DNA of 64,000 nucleotides from an uncultured Candidatus Binatia bacterium. GTDB lineage: Bacteria > Desulfobacterota > Binatia > UBA9968 > JAJDTQ01. Shown here piece by piece: positions 53,551 to 62,362 of this stretch. A model generated the notes under the pieces. That model was not told where the DNA came from. It made no database searches and saw only the letters and a list, made by a program, of their open reading frames with translations. Positions within the stretch are counted from its first letter, which is position 1. Every line of letters starts with the position of its first letter. The position numbers and the translations under genes are program-made. The stretch spans positions 352,001-416,000 of the forward strand of contig OZ219754.1 in the NCBI GenBank assembly GCA_964291295.2, read 5' to 3'.

Positions 53551-55971
53551 CTAGGTCTCGACCGGCCGGCCGCCGGCAGCGCCCTCCGGCAATTCACCCC
53601 CAAGGGCCTCCTCGGGTTTCTTGGGATCCTCCCCGGCCGCGATCAATGCTTCCCACGCCTCCTCCGCTTCCTTTGTTCGGCCCTCGTCGCCCTGAAGCTC
53701 TGCGCCATGCAAGTACCAGGCCAACATCCATTTATCGAGCGTGGACGGTGGACCAAATCTGGCGAACGCCTGGTCCAGCAGCGCATCCCGCGTCGTCACG
53801 GGCTGCTTCAGCTTCTGACTCAGCCGGGCCTTGAGCACGAGATACGGGGGGCGAGGATCGGTCGTTTCCTCAAGGGTGTGCATCGCCTCGGTGAACTTTC
53901 CCCGACGTTCCTGCGCCAGCGCCAGATTGAACAACGGCCCGTCCCAACCCGGCGACAGCCTCGCGGCCTCTCGATAAAGCTTCTCCTCACGCTCGTGGTC
54001 GGCCATCTCACCGCAGATCATGGCCATCCGGTTGAGCCGCTCCGCTGCCGGGGCGTCCCGGTTGACCGCGGCCAGCAGGTGAAGCGCCTTTTCCCGGTTG
54101 CCCAACTCCGCCTCCAGCCTGGCGACCCTGTCCACGGTCCTTCGTTTCTGCACCTCCGTCAACGACTCGGTCCGCAAGCGTTCTTCCAGCTCGAGGATTT
54201 CGTCTCGCCTGGCGTTGGGATTCACGACGCTGGTCAGGGGATTCTCGATGGAAGCCTCGAAACCGCCGCGCTCGGGATCATCCGCCAAGGCAAGGTCGAG
54301 ATGCAGTACCTGATTGGCATCCATGCGATAGCGCAGGCGCAGCCCGTCACCTTTCTCGACAATCGGACGAATGGTCCAGAGTCTGCGCATCAGAAGCTTG
54401 CCGTTGCCGCCGCGCAGTTCGACGCGCAACGTCACGGCTTCGGTCAGACCGGTCACGGGCACCTTCAAGCCGGTGTTCTCCGCCCAGGCGCCGTTGGCGG
54501 GAAAGGGGAGCTCGGCTCCTTCCTTGATCAGCGGCACCCGACCGTCCCGGGTCTCGATATCGATGCTGTCCGAAGACACCGGCCCGACCATGCCGCGACC
54601 GCACAGAGCCAAGGCCATGGCATGCCATGCCGCGCCTTGAGCCACGGCCGTCTGCGTACTCTCGCGGTCGTCGAAATGCAGCACCTGCGCGTTGGGGAAG
54701 AAGTGCTCGACCGCCGCCACCACCTGCGGGATCAGACTGCTGCCGCCCACCAGCAGGCAGTCGTCGACCTCACCCGGCTCCATGCGTGCCCGCTCCAGCA
54801 CGTCCCGCAGCGGTGCAAAGATGGAACAGAGCGACTGGTACTCCGTGTCCCGGGGGTGGAGCATGTCACGGTCGAGAAACGGTTGCAGCACACGTTCGAA
54901 CTGGTCCGCGCTCAGCGTCGGCGACTGAAGTTTCAGTGTCGTGCCGTCCCGCAGGGAACAGGGATAGACGTTCGGGGTCCGCTGCACCAGGACGGACCGC
55001 CGCTCCTGGTAGCGACCAAGCTGCTGGAGCCGGGTGATTTCCCGGCACAGATTCGTCTTCAAGGCCTCCGCGGCGCCCAGGAGTGACGGGATCACGGACC
55101 GGGCCTTGTCGTCGTAGTCCAGGCGGTGGGGATCAAGATCATTCTGCTTGATCAACTGAGGGAGCAGAACCTCCAGCACGATGGCGCGGTCGATGTCACC
55201 GCCGCCCAGCCGATGGTAGCGGGAAACCGCAAGCGGCGCGGCCCCCACCGGCGCACCGGGGGCGTCGGGCGGCAGCAGACGAAACAGGGCAACGTCGCAG
55301 GTGCCTCCGCCAAAGTCGAACACCAACAGCCGCTGCGGCGACGATGCCGTGAACACCTCTTTTCCATGTGCCACCAGGTAGGCGACAAAAGCCGCGATGG
55401 GCTCGTCCAGGAGGGCGCCCTCCGCCAGTTCGATTCCCGCCAGCCTGGACGCCTCGAATGTGTCGCGCCGCTGAGCGGCCTGAAACGCCGCCGGAATGGT
55501 GACCACGGTGGCCGCAACCGGCGTGTCGGACTCGCTCATCGCCGCGTCCATCAGGAACTTCAAGAGATGGCCGCCCACCTCGCTGGCTGAACGGAATCCT
55601 GCCGGAGCCTTGTGGTAAGTCCGGCGAACGCCGATGTCGTTCTTGCACTCCCAGAACAGGTTTCGATTCTGCTCCAGGCCGTATTCGGCCGGACGGGCGC
55701 GCAGCCCCTTTGCGCCCTCGCCCACCAGAAGCCGTCCTTCGTGCAGTGCAAGAACCGATGGCACGACGGCGTGGATGAAAGGGCCTTGGAGGGTCTCCTG
55801 CTCGACTTCGAGACAGCGCACCTCGGGCAACTCCATGGAGCCCGGAACCGCGACAATTTCGGCGATCTCCGAATTGGTCGTGCCCAAGTCCATGCCGACG
55901 ACACGGACCGGTTCGACCGGCAGCCGGATCCGAGCATCGCGCGGCATGATCAGCGTCAGTGACTTGCTCAC
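53551..55971 (-). CDS. Divergent Hsp70-family ATPase with C-terminal TPR-like helical repeats
   Basis: GMDLGTTNS, TIPAAF...QR, DEPIAA, FDFGGGTCD, LGGGDID, LVGGSSLIPQV; the last ~200 aa are TPR-like (LFNLALAQERRG). Confidence 0.88.
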   Translation of the reverse strand: MSKSLTLIMPRDARIRLPVEPVRVVGMDLGTTNSEIAEIVAVPGSMELPEVRCLEVEQETLQGPFIHAVVPSVLALHEGRLLVGEGAKGLRARPAEYGLEQNRNLFWECKNDIGVRRTYHKAPAGFRSASEVGGHLLKFLMDAAMSESDTPVAATVVTIPAAFQAAQRRDTFEASRLAGIELAEGALLDEPIAAFVAYLVAHGKEVFTASSPQRLLVFDFGGGTCDVALFRLLPPDAPGAPVGAAPLAVSRYHRLGGGDIDRAIVLEVLLPQLIKQNDLDPHRLDYDDKARSVIPSLLGAAEALKTNLCREITRLQQLGRYQERRSVLVQRTPNVYPCSLRDGTTLKLQSPTLSADQFERVLQPFLDRDMLHPRDTEYQSLCSIFAPLRDVLERARMEPGEVDDCLLVGGSSLIPQVVAAVEHFFPNAQVLHFDDRESTQTAVAQGAAWHAMALALCGRGMVGPVSSDSIDIETRDGRVPLIKEGAELPFPANGAWAENTGLKVPVTGLTEAVTLRVELRGGNGKLLMRRLWTIRPIVEKGDGLRLRYRMDANQVLHLDLALADDPERGGFEASIENPLTSVVNPNARRDEILELEERLRTESLTEVQKRRTVDRVARLEAELGNREKALHLLAAVNRDAPAAERLNRMAMICGEMADHEREEKLYREAARLSPGWDGPLFNLALAQERRGKFTEAMHTLEETTDPRPPYLVLKARLSQKLKQPVTTRDALLDQAFARFGPPSTLDKWMLAWYLHGAELQGDEGRTKEAEEAWEALIAAGEDPKKPEEALGGELPEGAAGGRPVET

Positions 55972-56304
55972 GGGTATATTGTCCCGGTTCTGTGGTTATC
56001 CCGCCGTATCGGCCCGCCATCTGCAACACGGGAAGTCGGGCGTTCTACGGTTGGACACGGTACTCGTCGAGGACAAGGTACTCGTTGCGTGTCTGGCAGT
56101 CCAGCGAGGTACGGAGTTGTTGACGAAAAGTTCATGGTTGGCGAGGCCCGGGGCCAAGGCGAGACGGTGAGGGGTACGTCGTCGAAGTGGTATTGGAATC
56201 GCTTCGCGTTTTCAGGCTCACTCTCAGGCTCACTTTGCATTGGACAAGACGGGACGTTTACTTGAGGTTCGGGGAATGCTAACCTGTAAAGACTGCAACA
56301 GAGT

Positions 56305-56380
56305 GGGGCCGTAGCTCAGCTGGGAGAGCGCTAGGTTCGCAATCTAGAGGTCGTGGGTTCGATCCCCATCGGCTCCACCA
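56305..56380 (+). tRNA. tRNA-Ala(CGC)
   Basis: GGGGCCG acceptor with G3-U70, anticodon arm CTAGG-TTCGCAA-TCTAG, GTTCGA T-loop, 3' ACCA; 76 nt. Confidence 0.97.
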
Positions 56381-56451
56381 TCGCCTTCTTCCTCGAACCC
56401 CCCTTCCCCGAGACTCTTTATACTCAGACCCTTCTTCCTGAGAATCGAAGG

Positions 56452-56485
56452 CTGCCAATCGGTGGTGACTGCCAATCGGTGGTGA
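56452..56485. repeat. 2 x 17 bp perfect tandem repeat
   Basis: CTGCCAATCGGTGGTGA twice. Confidence 0.9.
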
Positions 56486-56629
56486 TTTTTCGGGGCGTGA
56501 CCGGTGTGTGTAGCCGAAGACGTGACGCCTGCAGATTCACGCCTGGCTGACCGCCGCCCCGGTGCCGCACGCCCCGCCGCCGGCACTTCGCTCATTCCGA
56601 CCCGCGGGAATGGCGGGCGAGCGGCGGGG

Positions 56630-57316
56630 CTAACGCGACGCTTCGGTGAGGGTCCGGATCAGTTCGTCCGCCTGCGGGTTCCTGTACTTTCTCCGCAGCA
56701 GGATATCCCTGGGCGAGACATCGGGCTGTCCGTAGTAGATCTGATTGTCGCTCCGGCTGATGGAGACGATGCCGCCCTCGATGGCCACCCCCGCGAACAG
56801 CCCCTTGATGCGGGAGAACGAGAAGATGTCGAAAATCTCGGCCTTGGCGCCGACCCCTTCGGGTCCCACGCTGATGCTCGCGTCCGCGCCGAGCTTGAAC
56901 TTGTCCTTCAGGAACCGCCTCAAGCCTCCCTCGGTCATGATCATGAGAATGACCTGACTACCCGCCGCCCCGAACTGAAGACCAAAGGAGGCGGAACCCA
57001 CATCGTAGAAGGCCGGATTGCTCCACGTACCCGCGGCGTCCTGGGCCAGCAGCACCCCCTTGCCTCCCGAACCGCCGATGAAGAAGCCCCCCTTGAACAG
57101 GAGCGGCATGATGAGAAGTCCCTTGGCATAACGCACGTTTTGCCGGAACCACGTCATCCGGACATCCCTCTGGAAGTCCCGAAACGTGAACCGGGCCTTG
57201 GTCACCCGCTGGGCGAGATCCTCCTCGGTGAGTTGCGAGCCCGTCGGCTGCGCACCCGACGGGGCCGCGGACAACACCGCGAACAGCACGGCAAACGCTG
57301 CCAGGAACTTGTGCAT
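56630..57316 (-). CDS. Lipid-binding SYLF/Ysc84 domain exported protein
   Basis: Signal peptide, KGGFFIGGSGGKGVL, WSNPAF, SFGLQFG, KGLFAGVAIEG, N..YYG. Confidence 0.9.
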   Translation of the reverse strand: MHKFLAAFAVLFAVLSAAPSGAQPTGSQLTEEDLAQRVTKARFTFRDFQRDVRMTWFRQNVRYAKGLLIMPLLFKGGFFIGGSGGKGVLLAQDAAGTWSNPAFYDVGSASFGLQFGAAGSQVILMIMTEGGLRRFLKDKFKLGADASISVGPEGVGAKAEIFDIFSFSRIKGLFAGVAIEGGIVSISRSDNQIYYGQPDVSPRDILLRRKYRNPQADELIRTLTEASR

Positions 57317-57658
57317 GGGACATCTCTTTCCGGTCGGCGAGCGGTCGGTCATCAAGATCATCGTCTCGGCTCCCCTTCTCAACTCCCCATCTCCCCTGCC
57401 CCCGTTATCGCTCCGCAACCGGACCCCGCCTTGGGGGACCATCTCCATCTCCGCTTCAAGATTAACATGCCGGGCCGGGATGGGAAACGAGACCGGCCTC
57501 TCCGACGGTGCCTTCACCGGGGCCGGCAAGGTGCTCGCGGGCAAGAGCGGGAGGGGTGCGGGCAAGCCGAACTCCGGTTCCGGCACCACCCCCGGGCGTC
57601 AACGTCGCACTCCCGAACCCTGCTTGAAACTTTACGACTTTCCACGCATAAAGGAAGC

Positions 57659-57791
57659 GCGACAGTCGCCGTAGGTGCCCGTATGTCGGGTTACCTGCTG
57701 AATACAAAAGCTCCCTGTACCCGGCAAGGGGTAGCTCCCCAAGCCCGAGTGAATAGGCAGGACTCTCACCGTACCTACGTGTGACTGTCGC
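57659..57791 (+). ncRNA. Candidate structured RNA or inverted-repeat element (family not recognised)
   Basis: 57659-57678 pairs with 57771-57791 (about 20 bp, two G-U, one bulge) and encloses three short internal helices. Confidence 0.35.
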
Positions 57792-57842
57792 AACGGCCCG
57801 GCAATCCCGCCAGGCCGCGGTCCTTGTACAAGGAGGATTCGC

Positions 57843-58748
57843 ATGTTGCGTTCTGTGTGCACGCTTGGTGTCGTACTGTTTCTTGCGGCCTGCGGAGGTG
57901 GCGGCGGCTCGGCACCGCTGCCCACAGTGGACCTAACCACGCCGCGTCTCACCGGCCTCCAGCCGCCGAGCTTCTCCGATGCTCAGATCCTGCCCATGGC
58001 CAATGCCGTCCTCGCAAGGTCGGACTCGGTGACCGTCAGTGATCTCGCCAGTGCTCAAGGAGGGGGGGAGGCATTCTACCCAACCTTGTGCAGCAGCAAG
58101 ACGACTTGTGTCACCAACCTTGGCAGCGGGACAAGCGTTACCTGGGACATCCGTGACGCCAGAGATATCGGCTTGGACAGCAATCTCAATTACTCGGGAG
58201 TGGGCGAGAAGCATGGCGTTTCCCTCGCTCAGTCCCAGGGAAGAACCACCCTTTTCAGCTTTCCCGCCGACAGTACGGCCTATGCCGGGTTGCTTGATCA
58301 CAGCATGTTCGGCGTCAGTCTTGATAGGATTGTCAGCGGCACATTCCAAGGCGTGAACCTGAGCGGAATAGAGGTGGCCTACAGCGTCTCCGGCGGCAAC
58401 GACACCGGCTCAAGGCCCGTTGGAAGCGCGACATGGCAAGGCATCATGGTGGGCGGCACCGGGGGTTTCGACAATCCGCAGTGGATCCAGGGGGATGCGA
58501 ACGTCACCTGGCACCTTGACCAGAGTACCGTGGACGTGGCCTTCACCGACGTCCACAACCTGGCTACCAGGGCGCGTATCACCGACATGCGGTGGTCCGG
58601 TGTTCCGGTAGGATCGGATGGCTCGTTCAGGCAGGAGACGGCCGCACGGGATATCGAAGGCCGGTTCTACGGCCCAGGCCATGCGGAGGTCGGTGGAATC
58701 TTTGCCCATCCCAATGCCATCGGGGCTTTCGGGGCCAAGAAGCAGTAG
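57843..58748 (+). CDS. TbpB-like surface lipoprotein
   Basis: Lipobox LAAC plus GGGGGS linker; SATWQG...GRFYGPGHAEVGGIF...GAFGAKKQ; AAGGAGG SD. Confidence 0.82.
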   Translation: MLRSVCTLGVVLFLAACGGGGGSAPLPTVDLTTPRLTGLQPPSFSDAQILPMANAVLARSDSVTVSDLASAQGGGEAFYPTLCSSKTTCVTNLGSGTSVTWDIRDARDIGLDSNLNYSGVGEKHGVSLAQSQGRTTLFSFPADSTAYAGLLDHSMFGVSLDRIVSGTFQGVNLSGIEVAYSVSGGNDTGSRPVGSATWQGIMVGGTGGFDNPQWIQGDANVTWHLDQSTVDVAFTDVHNLATRARITDMRWSGVPVGSDGSFRQETAARDIEGRFYGPGHAEVGGIFAHPNAIGAFGAKKQ

Positions 58749-58766
58749 CTGCCGTGGGGTTCCGAG

Positions 58767-58813
58767 AACGGAGGTGGGGCGGCAGGCTGGAACCCGGCTG
58801 CCCCACCTCCGTT
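58767..58813. terminator. 17 bp hairpin between convergent genes (REP-like or terminator)
   Basis: AACGGAGGTGGGGCGGC / GCTGCCCCACCTCCGTT. Confidence 0.6.
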
Positions 58814-58936
58814 GAAGAGCCGGAAGAACGGGTGGTCCAACCGCGACGCCAATCCCTTCTCCACGGCGTCGGCGGCCGCCGCCGTCCCGGAAACGATCCG
58901 GTCCGGGACTGGACGAACGCGCGGCCGCCCGCGGCC

Positions 58937-59785
58937 CTATGAATGCGCCCGGGTGAACTCCAGCGTGCGTTCGCACACGTTCGCGGTAGTCTGTTCCGGC
59001 GGCATGACGTTCCAGAACTCCCGTTTGGGCAGACATTCGCGCAGGTAGTGGGCTCCCGAGGTGGCGTGGGACGGATCGTCACCCGGCATGATGACGGCCG
59101 GGGCCTTGATGCCCATGATCTCTTCGGGCATGGCACCGGTGGCCGTGTCGCGGTCGAACAGGCCGGGGCCGCTGGCGGCGATGATGCCCATGTAACGCTC
59201 CGGATCCTGGGCCGCGAACTGCTCGGCAAACCCGCTGTCCCGGGCGATGACCGAGGCCCAAGGGCCGGACTCCGGGTCGGTCCAGAAAGTCGTCCCCCGG
59301 GACGCCCGCTCCACCACGCCCTGGAGACCGTTCTCGCGCACGAAGTTCAGGTGGGTGGCGAAGCGCGCCTGGCTCGCCGTCTTCCAGCGGTATCCACCCA
59401 CCGGCCAGTGCAGGATCATGCCGCGCGTGGCCTCCGGGAAGTTGACGCCGAAAGAGAGCGCCACGGAACAGCCCATGCACCCCCCCATGACAAAGGCCGA
59501 ATCGATTCCCAGATGGTCCAGAAGCTGTTTGCCCTGGCGCGCATAGGCGGTCCACGTGAGGCGTTCCACCCGTCCGCCGGACCGCCCCGCCTCGCGCCGG
59601 TCGTAGGCGATGACCTGATGCTCCGAGCCCAGCCTGGCCAAGGCGTCGATGCCGGTCCAGGCGCTGGCGACGCGCCATTTCTCGATGGTGGAATCGAACC
59701 CGCCCGGGGCCAACATCAACAACGGCGTCCCGGAGCCAGCAGTCTCGTAATGGATCTCGATACCGTCAATGACCGCAGTCGCCAT
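58937..59785 (-). CDS. Alpha/beta hydrolase fold protein
   Basis: IHYE..GSG.PLL, YDRR..GRS, GGCMG elbow, GDD.SH. Confidence 0.88.
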   Translation of the reverse strand: MATAVIDGIEIHYETAGSGTPLLMLAPGGFDSTIEKWRVASAWTGIDALARLGSEHQVIAYDRREAGRSGGRVERLTWTAYARQGKQLLDHLGIDSAFVMGGCMGCSVALSFGVNFPEATRGMILHWPVGGYRWKTASQARFATHLNFVRENGLQGVVERASRGTTFWTDPESGPWASVIARDSGFAEQFAAQDPERYMGIIAASGPGLFDRDTATGAMPEEIMGIKAPAVIMPGDDPSHATSGAHYLRECLPKREFWNVMPPEQTTANVCERTLEFTRAHS

Positions 59786-60249
59786 GAATATTCCCCCGAA
59801 TACTCCCCGCGACAATCCCCCGCGACCCTTGAGCGCGCGCGGAGCACTCGTTGGCCCGCCTGTTCACGATCCTGCCTCAGGATTAGCCCAACTGCGGAAA
59901 CCAGTCAAATAGATGCCGTTCGCTGCGTCCTGCCTCTTTCGAGACCTTCGCGCAGTCCCGCCGCCTCGGAACTTCCGCCGTCGACCGGGTTCCAGAGCAT
60001 GTCTTCACGGGAACCACGAGTCACGGGCTGTCCACGAACCCGGAGCCGTCGTTGATCGAGGGATAATCAATAGTCTCCATAGTCGCGGGCAGGGATACGG
60101 GAGAGGAAGATGGTGCAGGGGGTGAGGGCTTTCGTGGGAGTCGGTTCCGGATTCGTTGTCGACAAGGTGATCGTGTCGGCGCCATCCCCCACCACACACA
60201 ACCCCGTCCCTCACCCTGATCACCAGACGACAAAAACCGGCCGTGGTCG

Positions 60250-60279
60250 TTGACCCTGCTGCGTACCCGGGCCTATAAT
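60250..60279 (+). promoter_or_regulatory. sigma70 promoter of the amidohydrolase gene
   Basis: TTGACC-N18-TATAAT. Confidence 0.65.
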
Positions 60280-60320
60280 CCCGTCCGAGGGCGCCGTCGC
60301 CGGTGCCACGGAGGGAATCC

Positions 60321-61250
60321 ATGCTGATCGACTGGCATTCGCACCACACCGCGCCGGAACTGGCAAACGCATTTCGGCTGAAGACGGGCAAGACGCCGAA
60401 GGTCGACGCTTGCGATTCAGACAACTTCGAGAAGCGGCTCGGCGAACTGGACGAAGCGGGCATCGACTTCCAGCTGGTTTGCCAGGGTGCCGCCGAGGAT
60501 GCGGACCAGCTTGATGCGGCGGACGCCATGGAGATGGCGCGGCTGTCCAACGATGTCCTCGCCCGGCGCATCGCCGGGCACACCGACCGGTTTGGCGGCA
60601 TCACCGCCCTGTCCCTCAAGAATGTGGCGGATTCGGTGGCGGAGATCGAACGCATGGCATCCCGGGGCTTCAAGGCGGTGCTCCTCTACCCGCGGGTGGA
60701 CGGCGAGATGAAGGTCGACCTGCCGGAGCTCGATCCCGTGTTTGCCAAGGCGGCCGAACTGGACCTGCCGCTCTTCCTCCATGGCAGCGGCGGCGCCAAG
60801 GACCCCACGCTCCAGCGGCTGGAGGACGGCGGTGCCGGAGTCGCCTACAGCGTATTGTCGGACGCCAGCGTCAACGAATGCGTCATGCGCATGATCGCCA
60901 GCGGTCTCTTCGACCGCCATCCGGGTCTGAGGGTGGTGATACGCAGCGGCGGCGGCGGCATCCCGCTGCTGGTTCAGCGAATGTCCTGGATGCACAAGGG
61001 CCCGCACGGCCAGAAGCGTTACGCCGACATCTTCCTCGAACACTTCCGCATCGACACGGCCAGCGTCAAGCCCGAGGCCGTGCCCTTCCTCACCCGCGTC
61101 ATGGGCTCCGGCGGCATGGTCTTCGGCTCGGACTACTGCGGCGGGCTGGGCCCCCTCAAAAGGGCGCTGGCAGTGGTGGACACGCAGGAGAACGCGCGCG
61201 AATTCCGCTCCTGGACAGAGCGAAACTCCCGCGAACTGCTGCATCTCTGA
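60321..61250 (+). CDS. Amidohydrolase_2 family protein (ACMSD/decarboxylase-like)
   Basis: IDWHSH, LFLHG, SGLFDRHP.L, FGSDY. Confidence 0.88.
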   Translation: MLIDWHSHHTAPELANAFRLKTGKTPKVDACDSDNFEKRLGELDEAGIDFQLVCQGAAEDADQLDAADAMEMARLSNDVLARRIAGHTDRFGGITALSLKNVADSVAEIERMASRGFKAVLLYPRVDGEMKVDLPELDPVFAKAAELDLPLFLHGSGGAKDPTLQRLEDGGAGVAYSVLSDASVNECVMRMIASGLFDRHPGLRVVIRSGGGGIPLLVQRMSWMHKGPHGQKRYADIFLEHFRIDTASVKPEAVPFLTRVMGSGGMVFGSDYCGGLGPLKRALAVVDTQENAREFRSWTERNSRELLHL

Positions 61251-61290
61251 GAGTCTCCGAGAGAGGGACGCTGCGGACACCGCCCCCGCC

Positions 61291-61677
61291 CTACTCCTTC
61301 CGGGTGGTCAACTCGATCTTGTAGCCGTCGGGGTCCTCGACGAATGCGATGACGCCGCCGCCGTGTTTCATGGGGCCGGCGTCGCGCGTAATCCGGACCC
61401 CCTTCCGGCGCAGGTCGTCGCAGGTGGCGTACACGTCGGGCACCCCGATGGCGATGTGTCCGAAGCCGTCGCCGATATTGTACTCGTGGGTGTCCCAGTT
61501 GCAGGTCAGCTCGATGACCGCCGTATCGTCCTCGGAGCCGTACCCCACGAAAGTATTGGTGAAGCGGCCGGACTCGTAGTCCTTTCTCTTCAGCACCCGC
61601 ATCCCCAGTCCGTCGCAATAGAACTTGAGGCTCTCGTCCAGATGGCCGACCCGAAGCATGGTGTGCACGATTCTCAT
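61291..61677 (-). CDS. gloA: Lactoylglutathione lyase (glyoxalase I)
   Basis: HTMLRVG, IELT.NW, GFGHIAIGV, AFVEDPDGYKIEL. Confidence 0.95.
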   Translation of the reverse strand: MRIVHTMLRVGHLDESLKFYCDGLGMRVLKRKDYESGRFTNTFVGYGSEDDTAVIELTCNWDTHEYNIGDGFGHIAIGVPDVYATCDDLRRKGVRITRDAGPMKHGGGVIAFVEDPDGYKIELTTRKE

Positions 61678-62354
61678 CCCATTCTCCTCTCCCGGTCTCC
61701 TTTCTCGGGACCGACATCCCCACCCCCGGGGCGCACGGCCTGGTGGCGAAACGGCGCGGGGCGGGCCACCGCCTCCCGAATCTCCCAGCCCCCGGATGGG
61801 GTGAAGCACAGGTGGCTGAAGTCGCAGGGCTTCAGGTGAAAGGTCCGGTACTGGTTCAACGGCGTCCGGCTGATGCGGCACAGCGTGGCAAGAATCGGGA
61901 AACTGTGGCTGACCACGACGATGGCGTCCTCGCCGTCGTGATTCTCCACGATGCGGTTGAGGGCGGACCAGACCCGGCGGTCCACGTCCATCAGCCGCTC
62001 TCCTCCCGGCAGCCGGACAGCCGCGGGTTCCGAGCGCCAGCGCTCGATGAACCCCTCGAACTTCTCCCGCACCTCGATGAACGTCAGGCCCTCCATCTCG
62101 CCGTGGTCGAGCTCGCGGAGGTCGGGCTCGATGTTCACGGGCGCCTCATGGGGCCGGCCGACGATCTCGGCGGTTTGCCGGGCGCGCCGCAGGTCGCTGG
62201 AGTAGACCGCATGGATACGGCGGCGGCTCAGATGCGCGGCGACCTCGCCGGCCTGCCGGTGGCCGGTCTCGTTGAGATCGATGTCCGAGCTCCCCTGGCA
62301 TCGACCCTGCCGATTCCAGTCGGTCTCGCCGTGGCGTAGCAGGAAGATCTGCAT
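61674..62354 (-). CDS. Histidine phosphatase family protein (PGAM/CobC-like)
   Basis: LLRHGETDWN, SSDLRRARQTA, LRELDHGEMEG, VVSH. Confidence 0.9.
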   Translation of the reverse strand: MQIFLLRHGETDWNRQGRCQGSSDIDLNETGHRQAGEVAAHLSRRRIHAVYSSDLRRARQTAEIVGRPHEAPVNIEPDLRELDHGEMEGLTFIEVREKFEGFIERWRSEPAAVRLPGGERLMDVDRRVWSALNRIVENHDGEDAIVVVSHSFPILATLCRISRTPLNQYRTFHLKPCDFSHLCFTPSGGWEIREAVARPAPFRHQAVRPGGGDVGPEKGDRERRMG

Positions 62355-62362
62355 GCGGCGCG

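Noticed and set aside
53551-55971. Housekeeping dnaK/hscA
   Set aside because: Highly divergent, with a TPR-like tail and no grpE, dnaJ or hscB context.
59830-60240. Intergenic stretch with short ORF fragments
   Set aside because: No recognisable motif or RNA structure; at most an unidentifiable gene relic.
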